Below are positions 1 to 13,400 of a DNA stretch of 54,449 nt, one piece after another. Source of the stretch: Callorhinchus milii. Lineage: Eukaryota. The stretch is from the NCBI RefSeq assembly GCF_018977255.1, contig NW_024705321.1, positions 1 to 54,449 on the forward strand. The letters run 5' to 3'. Each line of letters begins with the position of its first letter. The first letter of the stretch is position 1. Made by a program: the position numbers and the translations under genes. Under the pieces are notes generated by a model. That model was not told the DNA's origin, did not search any database, and saw only the letters and a list, made by a program, of their open reading frames with translations.

Positions 1-1042
1 ATTTAAAATAGTTGTTAAAATGAACAGAGGCAAGGGGAGGAGAAATGTTTTCACAGCGAGTTGTTGGATCTGGAATTGCCTAAAGGCTGGTGGAAGCCGA
101 TTCCATAAACAACTTTTAAGAGAGAAGTAGATAATTATTTGGGGAAGACAAGTTTGCAGGCTATGGGGAGAGCGCGGGGGAGTGGGGTTGATCAGGGCTA
201 TGGGGAGAGAGCGGGGGAGTGGGGTTGATCAGGGCTATGGGGAGAGAGCGGGGGAGTGGGGTTGATCAGGGCTATGGGGAGAGAGTGGGGGAGTGGGGTT
301 GATCAGGGCTATGGGGAGAGAGCGGGGGAGTGGGGTTGATCAGGGCTATGGGGAGAGAGCGGGGAGTGGGGTTGATCAGGACTATGGGGAGAGAGCGGGG
401 AGCGGGGTTGATCAGGGCTATGGGGAGAGAGCGGGGGAGTGGGTTGATCAGGGCTATGGGGAGAGAGCAGGGGAGTGGGGTTGATCAGGGCTATGGGGAG
501 AGTGGGGGGGAGTGGGGTTGATCAGGGCTATAGGGAGAGCGGGGAGTGGGGTTGATCAGGGCTATGGGAGAGAGCGGGGGAGTGGGGTTGATCAGGGCTA
601 TGGGAGAGAGTGGGGGAGTGGGGTTGATCAGGACTATGGGGAGAGAGCGGGGGAGTGGGGTTGATCAGGGCTATGGGGAGAGAGCGGGGAGTGGGGTTGA
701 TCAGGGCTATGGGGAGAGCGCGGGGGAGTGGGGTTGATCAGGGCTATGGGGAGAGAGCGGGGAGTGGGGTTGATCAGGGCTATGGAGAGAGAGCGGGGGA
801 GTGGGGCTGATCAGGGCTATGGGGAGAGAGTGGGGGAGTGGGGCTGATCAGGGCTATGGGGAGAGAGTGGGGGAGTGGGGCTGATCAGGGCTATGGGGAG
901 AGAGTGGGGGAGTGGGGCTGATCAGGGCTATGGGGAGAGAGTGGGGGAGTGGGGCTGATCAGGGCTATGGGGAGAGAGCGGGGAGTGGGGCTGATCAGGG
1001 CCGAATGGCCTCCGTCTGTGCTGTATAATTCTATGATTCTAT
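1..1042 (+). mobile_element. CR1-type LINE 3' end (runs off window start) with internal tandem expansion
   Basis: Decayed CR1 ORF2 C-terminus ([17 protein letters not shown]), 3' motif GGGCCGAATGGCCTCCGTCTGTGCTGTA and ATTCTATGATTCTAT tail; near-identical in reverse complement to 14970-15240. Confidence 0.85.
160..1000 (+). repeat. ~37-bp G-rich minisatellite, ~23 units (GGGGAGTGGGGTTGATCAGGGCTATGGGGAGAGAGCG)
   Basis: GATCAGG recurs every 36-38 nt (190, 227, 264, 301 ... 993). The unit derives from the CR1 3' UTR. Confidence 0.95.
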
Positions 1043-1334
1043 AGCTTGCGACTGCCACAGTGAGCAGCGAATGGTGGTGTTAATAGGAGAGCAGAAGATG
1101 CAGCTAACTTATGGTGGGAATACTAACTCTTATCAAATACCACCAGAGTCAAAATTTAAAGATGTTTCTTACTCCCACCTCGCAACACAGTATTCAGGTA
1201 TGGTATATAAGACTGACAGGACTTTAAATTGAATAACAATATCTAAGTTTAATTAAATCACAACAGGAATTGCACAACAGCAAGATTATGTCTGTCAGGT
1301 TAGGGTTAGTGAAACACTGTTTAATCTCTCACAG

Positions 1335-1458
1335 AAAGAACCCACTATATTTCCATTTCATCACGGATGCGGTGGCGTACAGGATCCTCAGCAAACTGTT
1401 CCAGACCTGGATGGTTCCCTCTGTATACATCAGTTTTTATGATGCAGATGAGTTGAAG
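1335..1458 (+). CDS. LARGE2: LARGE2 exon ([41 protein letters not shown])
   Basis: ctctcacag acceptor, AAG|gtaaca donor; LARGE GT8-domain sequence. Confidence 0.93.
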
Positions 1459-4400
1459 GTAACATTTGGGAATGCTTTAAAGTTCCAGTGTGAGCACAGG
1501 ACAGGGCAGCGAGAGGGCAGTGCATGACAGGACTGGGCAGGGCAGGGCAGGGCAGGGCAGGGCAGGGCTGGGCAGGGCAGGGCAGGGCAGGGCAGGGCAG
1601 GGCAGGACTGGGCAGGGCAGGGCAGGACTGGGCAGGGCAGGGCAGGGCAGGGCAGGACTGGGCAGGACTGGGCAGGGCAGGGCAGGGCAGGGCAGGGCAG
1701 GGCAGGACTGGGCAGGGCAGGGCAGGGCAGGACTGGGCAGGACTGGGCAGGGCAGGGCAGGGCTGGGCAGGGCAGGGCAGGGCAGGGCAGGACTGGGCAG
1801 GGCAGGACTGGGCAGGGCAGGGCAGGGCAGGGCAGGATGGGCAGGACAGGACAGGGCAGGGCAGGGCAGGACTGGGCAGGGCAGGGCAGGATGGGCAGGA
1901 CAGGACAGGACAGGGCAGGGCAGGGCAGGGCAGGGCAGGACTGGGCAGGGCAGGGCAGGACAGGGCAGGACAGGGACAGGGACAGGGCAGGACAGGGACA
2001 GGGACAGGGACAGGGCAGGGACAGGACAGGACAGGACCGACTGGGAAAGTGTGAAGTTCTGATCCGTGCGCTGACTGAGTTTCTATCTGACAGTTCAGGG
2101 CTATAGTTGATCTCAGGGCCTTTGGACAAGAGAATGGGGGAAACTTAGACAAAGTTCCCATTACTGATCATATTCAGTGACCCCATCCCCTCCAGTTCTA
2201 CGATGCCTGAAGACATGATTGAATCAAATGGTATCAGCGTGAAACTTGACCTTCACATGAGGGAGATGGGGGTAGAAGGGTATGGGAGGGAGAAGGAATG
2301 AGACAAAAGCCCTGTTTCCATGCTGTACATTCTTTGTAAATCTTTGCAAATATGTGGACATTAGAGGTCCACAATTCCCTGGAGAGCCGAATACATATTG
2401 TCTTAAAATTGGGGATAATTCTTAAATACAGTTAATTTGGGATCTGACAAATGTCATCAAATTAAAGCTGAATTTAAGGAATTTCCACATTCTGTGCAAA
2501 ACATTGCCATGTGGTACCAGAGGCCACTGCCCTGTCTACACCATCCTCACTGCCCCGTGTACACCATCCTCACTGCCCCGTGTACACCATCCTCACTGCC
2601 CTGTGTACACCATCCTCACTGCCCTGTGTACACCATCCTCACTGCCCCGTGTACACCATCCTCACTGCCCCGTGTACACCATCCTCACTGCCCTGTGTAC
2701 ACCATCCTCACTGCCCTGTGTACACCATCCTCACTGCCCTGTGTACATCACCCTCACCACCCTGTGTACACCACCCTCACTGCCCCATGTGTACACCACG
2801 CTCACTGCCCCATGTGTACACCACGCTCACTGCCCCATGTGTACACCACCCTCACTGCCCTGTGTACACCATCCTCACTGCCCTGTGTACACCATCCTCA
2901 CTGCCCTGTGTACATCACCCTCACCACCCTGTGTACACCACCCTCACTGCCCCATGTGTACACCACGCTCACTGCCCCACTTGTACAGCACCCTCACTGC
3001 CCTGTGTACACCATCCTCACTGCCCTGTGTACACCATCCTCACTGCCCTGTGTACACCATCCTCACTGCCCTGTGTACACCATCCTCACTGCCCTGTGTA
3101 CACCATCCTCACTGCCCTGTGTACACCATCCTCACTGCCCTGTGTACACCATCCTCACTGCCCTGTGTACACCACCCTCACTGCCCTGTGTACACCATCC
3201 TCACTGCCCTGTGTACATCACCCTCACCACTCTGTGTACACCACGCTCACTGCCCCACGTGTACACCACCCTCACTGCCCTGTGTACACCACCCTCACTA
3301 CCCTGTGTACACCACCCTCACTGCCCTGTGTACACCACCCTCACTGCCCTGTGTACACTACCCTCGCTGCCCTGTGTGCACAACCCTTGCTGCCCTCACT
3401 GCCCCGTGTGTACATTAACCTCCGTGTGTATCCACTGTCAATGCACTGTGTTCACCGTCTTCACTGCCATGTGAACACCACCCTCACTGCACCTGCATAC
3501 ACCGTAATCATTGCCCCTGCGTATACTGTCCTCACTGACACCCGTGTGTACACCACCTTCACTGCCCCCCGTATGTATACCACCCTCATTGCCACCCATG
3601 TGCACATCACCCTCATTGCCCACCGTGTGCACCACCCTCACTGCCCCCTGAATATGCATCACCTCAATGTTCCCTGTGTATACCACCCTCACTGCCCCAT
3701 GTGTACACTACCATCACTGCTCTGTGTACACCACCATCACTGCTCTATGTACACCACCCTCACTGCCCTGTGTGAACGGTACTCACTGCCCTGTGTTCAC
3801 CACCATCACTGCTCTGTGTACACCACCCTCACTACCTATTATACACCACCCTCATTGCCCTGTGTACACCACCCTCACTGCACTGTGTACAGCACCTTTG
3901 CTGCTCTATGTAAACCACTCTCAATGACCTGTGTACACCACCTTCGCTGCCCTGTGAACTCCACCCTCACTGCACCCTGAGAACACCCTGTGTACATTGC
4001 TCCCTGTATGTGCATCACCCTCACTGTCTGCTGTGTACACCACCATCACTGTGCCCTGTGTACACCAGCCTCACTGCCTTCTGTACACCAACCTCACTGC
4101 CCCGTGTGTACAACACCCTTACTGCCCTCTGTGTAAACGACACTCACTGACCGCTGTGTACACCACCCTCACTGCCCTGTGTACACCACCTTCATTGCCC
4201 TGTGTACACCACCCTCACTGCCCTATGTACATCACCATCACTGCTCTGTGTATATCACCCTCACTGCAACTGCGTACACCATACTCATTGCCCCTGTGTA
4301 CACCATCCTCACTGACACCCATGTGTACACTACCCTCACTGCCCCCAGTATGTACACCACCCTCACTGCCACCCATGTGCACATCACCCTCACTGCCCCG

Positions 4401-7400
4401 TGTATACCCCACTCACTAACCCCTGTGTGTGCAACACCCGCACTGTGCCCTGTGTACACTAACCTCAGTGCACCCTGTGTACAACACCCTCATCTTGCCC
4501 TCTTTACCCTGTGTACATTGCCCCATGTATGTGCATCACCCTCACTGTCCCCTGTGTACACCACCATCACTGCTCTGTGTATACCACCCTCACTGACCCA
4601 TGTGTACAACAGCTTTACTGCCCCTGTGTAAAGGACACCCACTGCCCCCTGTGTACACCACCCTCGCTACCCTGTGTACACCACCCTCACTGCCCTGTGT
4701 GTACACCACCCTCGCTGCCCTGTGTACACCATCCCCACTGCCCTGTGTACATCACCCTCACTGCCCCTGTGTACACCACCCGAATGGCTCCTGTGTACAC
4801 CATCCTCATTGCACCCTATGTACACCATCCTCACTGCCGTCTATGTAAACCACCTTCACTGTCCCCTCTGTACACACCCTCACTGCTCCGTGTGTACACA
4901 ACCCTCACCGCATCTTTATGTACATCACCCTCACTGCCCCCTATGTGTACACCACCCTCACTGCCCCCTGTGTGTACACCACCCTCACTGCCCCTTGTGT
5001 ACACCACCCTCACTGCCCTGTGTACACCACCCTCACGGTCCTGTGTACACCATCCTCACTGCCGTCTATGTAAACCACCTTCATTGTCCCCTCTGTACAC
5101 ACCCTCACTGCTCCGTGTGTACACAAACTCACCGCATCTTTATGTACACCACTGTCACTGCCCCCTATGTGTACACCACGCTCACCACACCCTTTGTGTA
5201 CACCACCCTCACTGCGCCCTGCGTACACGCCCTCACTGCCCCCTGTGTGTACACCACCCTCACTGCCCCCTGTATACACCACCCTAATGGCTCCTGTGTA
5301 CACCATCCTCACGACCCTGTGTACACCGTCCTCATTGCACCTTATGTACTCCACCCTCACTGCCGTCTATGTACACCACCTTCACTATCCCCTCTGTACA
5401 CCACCCTCACTGCCCCGTGTGTACACCACCCTCACTGTGCCCTGTGTACACAACCCTCGCTGCCCTGTATACACCACCCTCGCTGTGCTCTGTGTACACT
5501 ACCTTTCCTACCTCATCTGTACACCTACCTCACTGCCCTCTATACACCATGGTCACTGCCCTGTGTACACCTCACTCACTGCCCTGTGTACACACACTCA
5601 CTGCCCCCTGTGTGTACACCACCCTCACCGCATCCTTTATGTACAGCACCCTCACTGCACGCTTGTACACCACCTCCACTGCCTTCTATGTGCACACCGC
5701 CCTCACCACACCCTTTGTGTACACTACCTTCACTGCGCCCGGTGTGTACACCACCCTCACTATGATCTGTGTAAATACCCTCACTTCCCCTTGTGTGTAC
5801 ACCACCCTCACTGTACACCACCCTCACTACCCGTGTACACCATCCTCACTGCCCCCTATGTACGCCACCCTCACTGCCCCGTATGTACATCACCCTCACT
5901 GCCCCATGTGTACCCCACGAACACTACTCTGTGTACACCACACTCACTGCCCTGTGTACACCACCCTCGATGCCCTGTGTACACCATCTTTACTGCCTTA
6001 TGTACACCTTCCTCAATGCCCTGTGTACAGCACCCTCACTGCTGTGTGCTCACCACCCTCATTGCCCCTGTGTACACCACCCTAATGGCTCCTATGTACA
6101 CCGACCTCATTGCACCGTATGTACACCACCCTCACTGTGCCCTGTGAACACCACCCTCACTGTGCCCTGTGTACACCACCTTCACTGTGCCCTGTGTACA
6201 CCGCCCTCACTATGCCCTGTGTACACCTTCCTCACTGCCCCTGTGTGTACACCACTCCTATTGTGCCCTGTGTACACCTGGATACATCTGCTCTGTGTAC
6301 ACCGCCCTCATTGTGCCCTGTGAACACCACCCTCACTGCCCTGTGTACACACCCTCACTACCCCGTGTACAGCACCCCCACTGCCCCCTGTGTGTACACC
6401 ACATCCTCAACGCTCCTTGTGTGTGTACAATCCTCACTGCCTCCGTTTATACATCACCCTCTCTGCTCCCTGTGAACACCACACCAGCTGCCCGCTGTGT
6501 GTACACCACCGTCACTGCCCCCTGTGTACACGAGCCTAACTGTGCCCTGTGTACACCACTCTTATTGTGCCCCGTGTACACCCTGTGTACGCTGCCCCTG
6601 TGTGTACACCAGCCTCACTGCCCTGTGTATCTAATATGCTCACTGCCCCATGTGTAGCCCTCTAACACTGCTCTGTGTACACCACCCTCATTGCCCTGTG
6701 TACACCTTCCTCACTGCCCTCTATACACCATTGTCACTGCCCTGTGTACACCTCATTCACTGCCCTGTGACACCACCCTCATTGCGCCCTGTGTGTACAC
6801 CACCCTCACTGTGCCGTGTGTATACCTGCCTCACTGTGCCCTGTGTACACCTGGGTACATCTGCTCTGTGTACACCTCCCTAACTGTGCCGTGTACACCA
6901 CCCATGTTTGTACACCATCCTCACTGTGCCCTATGTACACCACCCTATATGTGATCTATGTACACCCCCCTTCCTGCCTCGTGTGTAGACCACCCTCGCT
7001 GCCCCATGTACACCACCCCCACTGCCTTGTGTACACCGCCCTCACTGCCCTGTGTATAGAATATGCTCACTGCCCTGTGTGTACATCACCCTCATTGCCC
7101 CATGTGTACCCCACTAACACTGCTCTGTGTACACCACTCTCATTGCCCTGTGTACATCACCCCCACTGCCCCCTGTGTACAGCACCCCCACTGCCCCCTG
7201 TGTACAGCACCCCCACTGTGCCCAGTGTACCCCACCCTCATTTTGCCCTGTGTACACCCCCCTCACTGTGCCCTGTGTACACCGCCCTCACTGTGCCCTC
7301 TGTACACCTCCCTCACTGTGCCCTGTGTACACCGCCCTCACTGTGCCCTCTGTACACCACCCTCAATGTGATCTGTGTACACCCCCCTTCCTGTCTCGTG

Positions 7401-10400
7401 TGTAGACCACCCTCGCTGCCCCCTGTGTACACCACCCCCATTGCCCGCTGTGTGTACACCACCTCACTGCCCCCTGTATGAACACCCCCCTCACTGTGCC
7501 CTGTGTACACCTCCCTCACTGCCCTGTGGACACCTACCTCATTGCGGCCTGTGTACACCACCCTCATCACATACTTTATGTACACCACTCTCACTGCCCG
7601 CTGTGTGTACACCACCCTCACTGCCCTCTGTGTACACCTCCCTCACAACCCTGGGTACATTACCCTCACTGCTCCATGTGTACCCCACTAACACTGCCCT
7701 GTGTACATACACCACCCTCAATGTACTCTGTGTACACCCCCCTTCCTGCCTCGTGTGTAGACCACCCTCACTGCCCCTGTACACCACCACCAATGCCCCC
7801 TGTGTGTACACCATTCTCACTGTGCCCTGTGTACACCACCCTCACTGTGCCCTGTGTACACCACCCTCACTGTGCCCTGTGTACACCACCCTCACTGCCC
7901 GTGTGTACGCCACCTTACCTGTGCCCTGTGTACACCGTCCTCACTGCCCCCCGTGTGTACACCACCCTCACTGTGCCCTGTGTCCACTGGCCTCGCTGCC
8001 CCATGTGACCACCCTCGCTGCCCTGTGTACACTTTCCTCACTGCCCTCTATACACCATTGTCACTGCCCTGTGTACACCTCCTTCACTGCCCCCTGTGTG
8101 TACACCACCCTCACTGTGCCCTGTGTACACCGACCTCACTGTGCCCTGTGTACACCACTCTCACTGTGCCCTGTGTACACCGACCTCACTGTGCCGTGTA
8201 CACCACTCTCACTGTACTCTGTGTACACCACCCTTCCTGCCTCGTGTGTACACCACCTTCGCTGCCCTGTGTACACCACTCTCGCTGCCCTGTGTACACC
8301 ACCCTCGCTGTCCTGTGTACACCACCCTCGCTGCCTTGTGTACACCTCACTCAATGCCCTGTGTACACCCCCCTCAATGCCCTGTGTATACCTCCCTCAC
8401 TGCACCCTTTGTGCATCGCCCTTACTGCCCCTATGTGTACACACCTTCACTGTGCCCTGTGTATACCATGATCACTGTGCCCTGTGTACACCACCCTCAC
8501 GGTGCCCTGTGTACACCACCCTCACGGTGCCCTGTGTACACCACCCTCACTGCAATGTGTGTACACCACCCTCACTGCCCTGTGTACACTACCCTCACTG
8601 CCCTGTGTACACTGCTCTGTGTACAACACCCTCACTGCCCTGCGTACACCACCCTCACTGCCCTGTGTACACTACCCTCACTGCCCTGTGTACACCACTC
8701 TCACTGCCCCATGTGTACACCACCCTCACTGCCTCGTGTATACCACACTCACTACCCCATGTGTACATCACCCTCATTGTCCCGTGTGTACACCACCTTC
8801 ACTGCCCTGTGTACACCTTCCTCACTGCCCTTTGTACAGCTTCCTCACTTCTCTGTGTACATCATCGCCACTGTCTTGTGTACACCTCCCTCAATGCCCT
8901 GTGTACACCACCCTCACTGCCCCTGTGTACACCTTCCTCACGGCACCTGTGTACACCACCTTCACTGCGCCCTGTGTACACCACCTTCACTGCCCCGTGT
9001 GTACACCACCCTCACTGCAACACGTATAACCCACTAACACTGCTCTGTGTACACCACCCTCACTGCCCTTTGTACAACACCCTCACTGCCCTGCGTACAC
9101 TACCCTCGCTGCCCCTTGTGTACAGCACTCTCATTGCCCTGTGTACACCATCCTCACATCACTGTGTACACCATCCTCACTGCCCCATGTGTACACCACC
9201 CTCACTGCCCTGTGTGTGCATCACCCTCACTGCCCTGTGTACACCATCGCCACTGCCCTGTGTACACCTCCCTAATGCCCTGGGTATACCTCCCTCACAG
9301 CCCTGTGTACGCCACCCTCATTGCCCTGTCTACACCATACTCATTGCTCTGTGTACAACACCCTCACTGCCCCTGTGTACACCGTATTCACTGCTCCCCA
9401 TGTGTACACCACCCTCACTGCCTGCTTTGTACACCATCCCCACTGCCCCCTGTGCGTACATCGCCCTCACTGGCCACTGTGTACACCAATCTCACTGCCC
9501 CCTGTGTACACCTCCCTTACTGCCCCCTTTGTACACTACCCTCACTGCCCACTGTTTGTACACATTCACAACCTATCGGAGTACATCGGTGGCCTTCAGC
9601 CTCAGCCCCGAGGCTCTGGAACTCCATCCCCCAATGTCTTCGCCGCTTCCTCTCTTTCCTCCTTCAAGGCCTCCATTCCCCCCTCCTCGCTCCCCCCCTT
9701 CCCTCCCCTCACCCTGACCATTTCCCCCAATGCTCGGGTTCTGACCCAACTGTACAGCGCCTTGGGACGTCCTCCTGACGTGAAAGGCGCTCTATAAATG
9801 CAATCTTGTTGTTGTTGCCCCCTTTGTACACCACCCTCACTGCCCACTGTTTGTACATACTCACAACCTACTGTGTACACCGCCCTCTCTGCCCTGTGTA
9901 CACCTCCCTCACTGACCCGTGTACACCATCCTCTCTGCCGTGTACAAAATTCTCATTGCACCTTGTGTATGTACACCACCCTCATTGTACCCTGTGTACA
10001 CCTCCCTCAATGCCCTGTGTATACCTCCCTCACAGCCCTGTGCACACCACCCTCATTGATCTGTGTACACCATCCTCACCGCCCCTGTGTACATCGTATT
10101 CACTGCCCCTGTATACACCGTCCCCATTGCTCCTGTGTACACCAACCTCACTGCCCCCATGTGTACACCACCCTCACTGCCCCCTGTGTACCCCACCCTC
10201 ACTGCCCCGTGTACACCACCCTCACTGCCCCGTGTACACCACCCTCACTGCCCCGTGTACACCACTCACTGCCCCCTGTGTACACCACCCTCACTGCCCC
10301 GTGTACACCACCCTCACTGCCCTGTGTACACCACCCTCACTGCCCCGTGTACACCACTCTCACTGTCCCGTGTACACCACTCTCACTACCCCGTGTACAC

Positions 10401-13400
10401 CACCCTCACTGCCCCGTGTACACTACCCTCACTGCCCCGTGTACACCACTCTCTGCCCTGTGTGCAGTTTGAGGCTCTGATTTGTGTACTTAGTTGATGT
10501 CCAACATTTGACATTTAGACAGAACGATAGGGATTTCAGACCGGACTGAAGCCAGTGCTTAACCTTCCAAAGTCCAGCACTGCAGTAAACTCCTGTCTGT
10601 TAAACTGGGATCTTCGGTCCTGCCGTGGCTTTGGGATTCCCAATGTCCTGCCCGCGTCCTGCAGCCTTTCCGAGAGAAATGAAGGTTTTCTACTTGTCAG
10701 AGATGTAAATGTTTTGCTGATTTTTCTGCAGCCTATTGTCGCCTGGATTCCTAACAAACATTACTCTGGCATTTACGGACTGATGAAGCTGGGCCTGACC
10801 AACGTCCTGCCGGCTAACCTGAGCCAGGTCATTGTGCTGGACACAGACATTACCTTTGCCACCGACATTGCTGAACTTTGGGCGATCTTCCGCAAATTCA
10901 CAGGTGATTCTGTGAGGTGAACGGTGTAAGGCGAGTTAGCCTGTGAGCTGGAATGTACGAGACCATTTGCGAAGTGTGTTCATTGGGAGCATAACGACAG
11001 CTGTTCTAGTGCTATTAGATGCTGATACCTACCCCTCTCCTGCAATAGTGATAATAATAATCCTTGCATCTGATACAGCGCCTCATCATGTCTTCGAGAC
11101 GTCTCAAAGCGCCTCACAGGATATACTGTAATAATAATAATCCTTGCATTTGATATAGCGCTTTTCACGTCGGGAGGACGTCCCAAAGCGCTTCACAGAA
11201 CACACTGTAAAGTGAATTGACTGTATATTTGTGGGCGAACGCGGCAGCCAATTGCGCACAGCAATGTCCCACAAACAGTCGTAGAATGAAAATGACCAAT
11301 TTATTATTGTTTTGGGTTTTGGAGGATTATTATTAGGCTCTGTGTGGAGTAAGGAAACTTGCCCGAGGTTTTGCCCTGACCTGCCTGGATAGTAGCAAAC
11401 TGCAGGAGGACGTAAACAGACTGTTGAAATGGGCCCGCCACATGGCAGATGAAGTTTAATGCAGAAAATTGTGAGGTGATGCATTTTGGAGGAAGAATGA
11501 AGGAAGAAGAATATATACAATAAATGGTACAGTTTTAATGGGGTTCAGGAGCAAAGAGACCTGTGGGTTCACATACACAGCTCTTTGAAGGTGGCAGGAC
11601 AGGTTGTTGGAGTTGTTAAAAAGCATATGGGATCCTTGGCTTTCTAAACGGAGGCACAGAGTACAGAAGCAAGTAAGTTCCACTAAACCTTTATAAGTTA
11701 CTGATTAGGCCTCAATTGGAGTATTGTGTCCCATTCTGGGCACAACAATTTAGGAAGGATATCAAGGCGCTGGATGCTGCAGAGGAGATTTACCAGAATG
11801 GTAATAGAGATGAGGGACTTTATGTATGTGGAGAGTCGAGAGAATGTGGCTTTGTTCTCCTTAGAGAAGAGAAGGTTAAGGGCAGATTTAACAGAGGTGT
11901 CCAAAATTATGAGGGGTTTTGGTAGAGTAGATTGGGAGACACTGTTTCCATTGGCAGGTGGGTCAATAACCAGGGGACATAGATTTAAGATAATTGGCAA
12001 AAGAACCAGAGGGGAGATGAGGAGAAACTTTTTTACTCAGAGAGTTGTTATGGTCTGGAAAGCACTGCCTGAAAGGGCGGTGGACACTGATTCAATAACA
12101 ACTTTCAAAAGGGAATTGGATAGGTACCTGAAAAGATAACATTTGCAAGGATATGGGGAAAGAGCGAGAGAGTGGGACTGATTGAGGAGCTATTTCAAAG
12201 AGCTGGCACAGACATGATGGCCGAATGGCCTCCTTCTGTGCTGTAATACTCTATAATGCTATGATTCTAGTTTGAAGGGATTATTACCTCGGAAAAGTGA
12301 TCTGCTAATTGACTAACAACTGCGTTCCTACGTACTACTAGGTAAACAGAAGTGTGTGGAGTAAAGAAAGTTGCCCAATGTTTCACCCAGGTCATCTCAC
12401 TTGTGAGGCGAGTGCTCTAACCACTAAGATACAGGACTCCACAATGAGGAGACAGATTGTTAATTTACATGTTTCAAAGAGGGAGAGAAGAAACAACTTG
12501 CACTTGTATACCTTTATGTCTGGGAATGTCTCTGAATACTTTACAGAACAGGGTGGGAGATTCGGTGCTGGTAGGAGAGAGGTAGCCAAAGCACAGTAAA
12601 AGTCAGAGGTCTTTAGACTTAAATTCAAAGAGAGTGCAAAGTGAAGAGATTTTGGAAGAGTTCCAGAGAGTGGGGGCAAGATGCGTGGGTGGATGGGTTG
12701 AGGGACAAGAAGCAGCATCATTAGAGCTGAGAGGGTTGGCAAAAGAAAGGATGTTTACCATCAGTCCTTCTCGCAACAAGAACAACCCATTGCACTTGTA
12801 CAGCACCCTTCACGTCAGAAAGATATCCCAGGGTGCTGGACAGACAGGGGTTATAGCAGAATATAAAGTGCACCAGATTCCCTGACTTGGAGGCCTGCAC
12901 ACTGTTGAATTCCCAAAGCGGCATTAACTGAGCTCTAGGTTTCATTGCTTTAATATTTTTGATAATAATCCTTGCATTTGATACAGTGGCTTTCACATCA
13001 GAAGGATGTCTCAGAGCGCTTCACAAGATCTAATATAAACTTTGGGTACTGTATTTTTTAGCGGAACCCGGCTGCCAAATTAGGTACAGCGATATCCCAC
13101 AAAAGCTGCAAAGTGAACGAATGATTTTATCTGGATTCTAATTCTACTAATTATTCTATACGATACATTTGGAATCATAGAAACAGGAGGAGGCTATTCA
13201 GCCCCTCGAGCCTGTTCCACCATTTTATAAGACCATGGCTGATCTGCACCTCAAGTCGTTACCGCCCTCGCCCCATATCCCTGAATACTCCTACTTAACA
13301 AATAGCTATACCTCCGTCTTGAAGAGAGATTTGATTACTGAGCACAAAAAATAGCCTTTAAAATACGAGTAAAGATTAAAGTTAATTTCTGAAGCAATTT

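Noticed and set aside
160..1000. Regular ~37-bp repeats with a palindromic core, superficially CRISPR-like
   Set aside because: No unique spacers, no cas genes, vertebrate intron context; the unit derives from the CR1 3' UTR.
1430..2161. CPALP / GQGRA repeat ORFs
   Set aside because: Translations of (GGGCA)n.
2437..10497. Many long Cys/His/Pro/Thr-rich ORFs (up to 780 aa) resembling metal-binding or mucin-like proteins
   Set aside because: The 23-bp unit lacks stops in all three + frames, so the same peptide appears in every frame. It lies in a LARGE2 intron with no coding signal.
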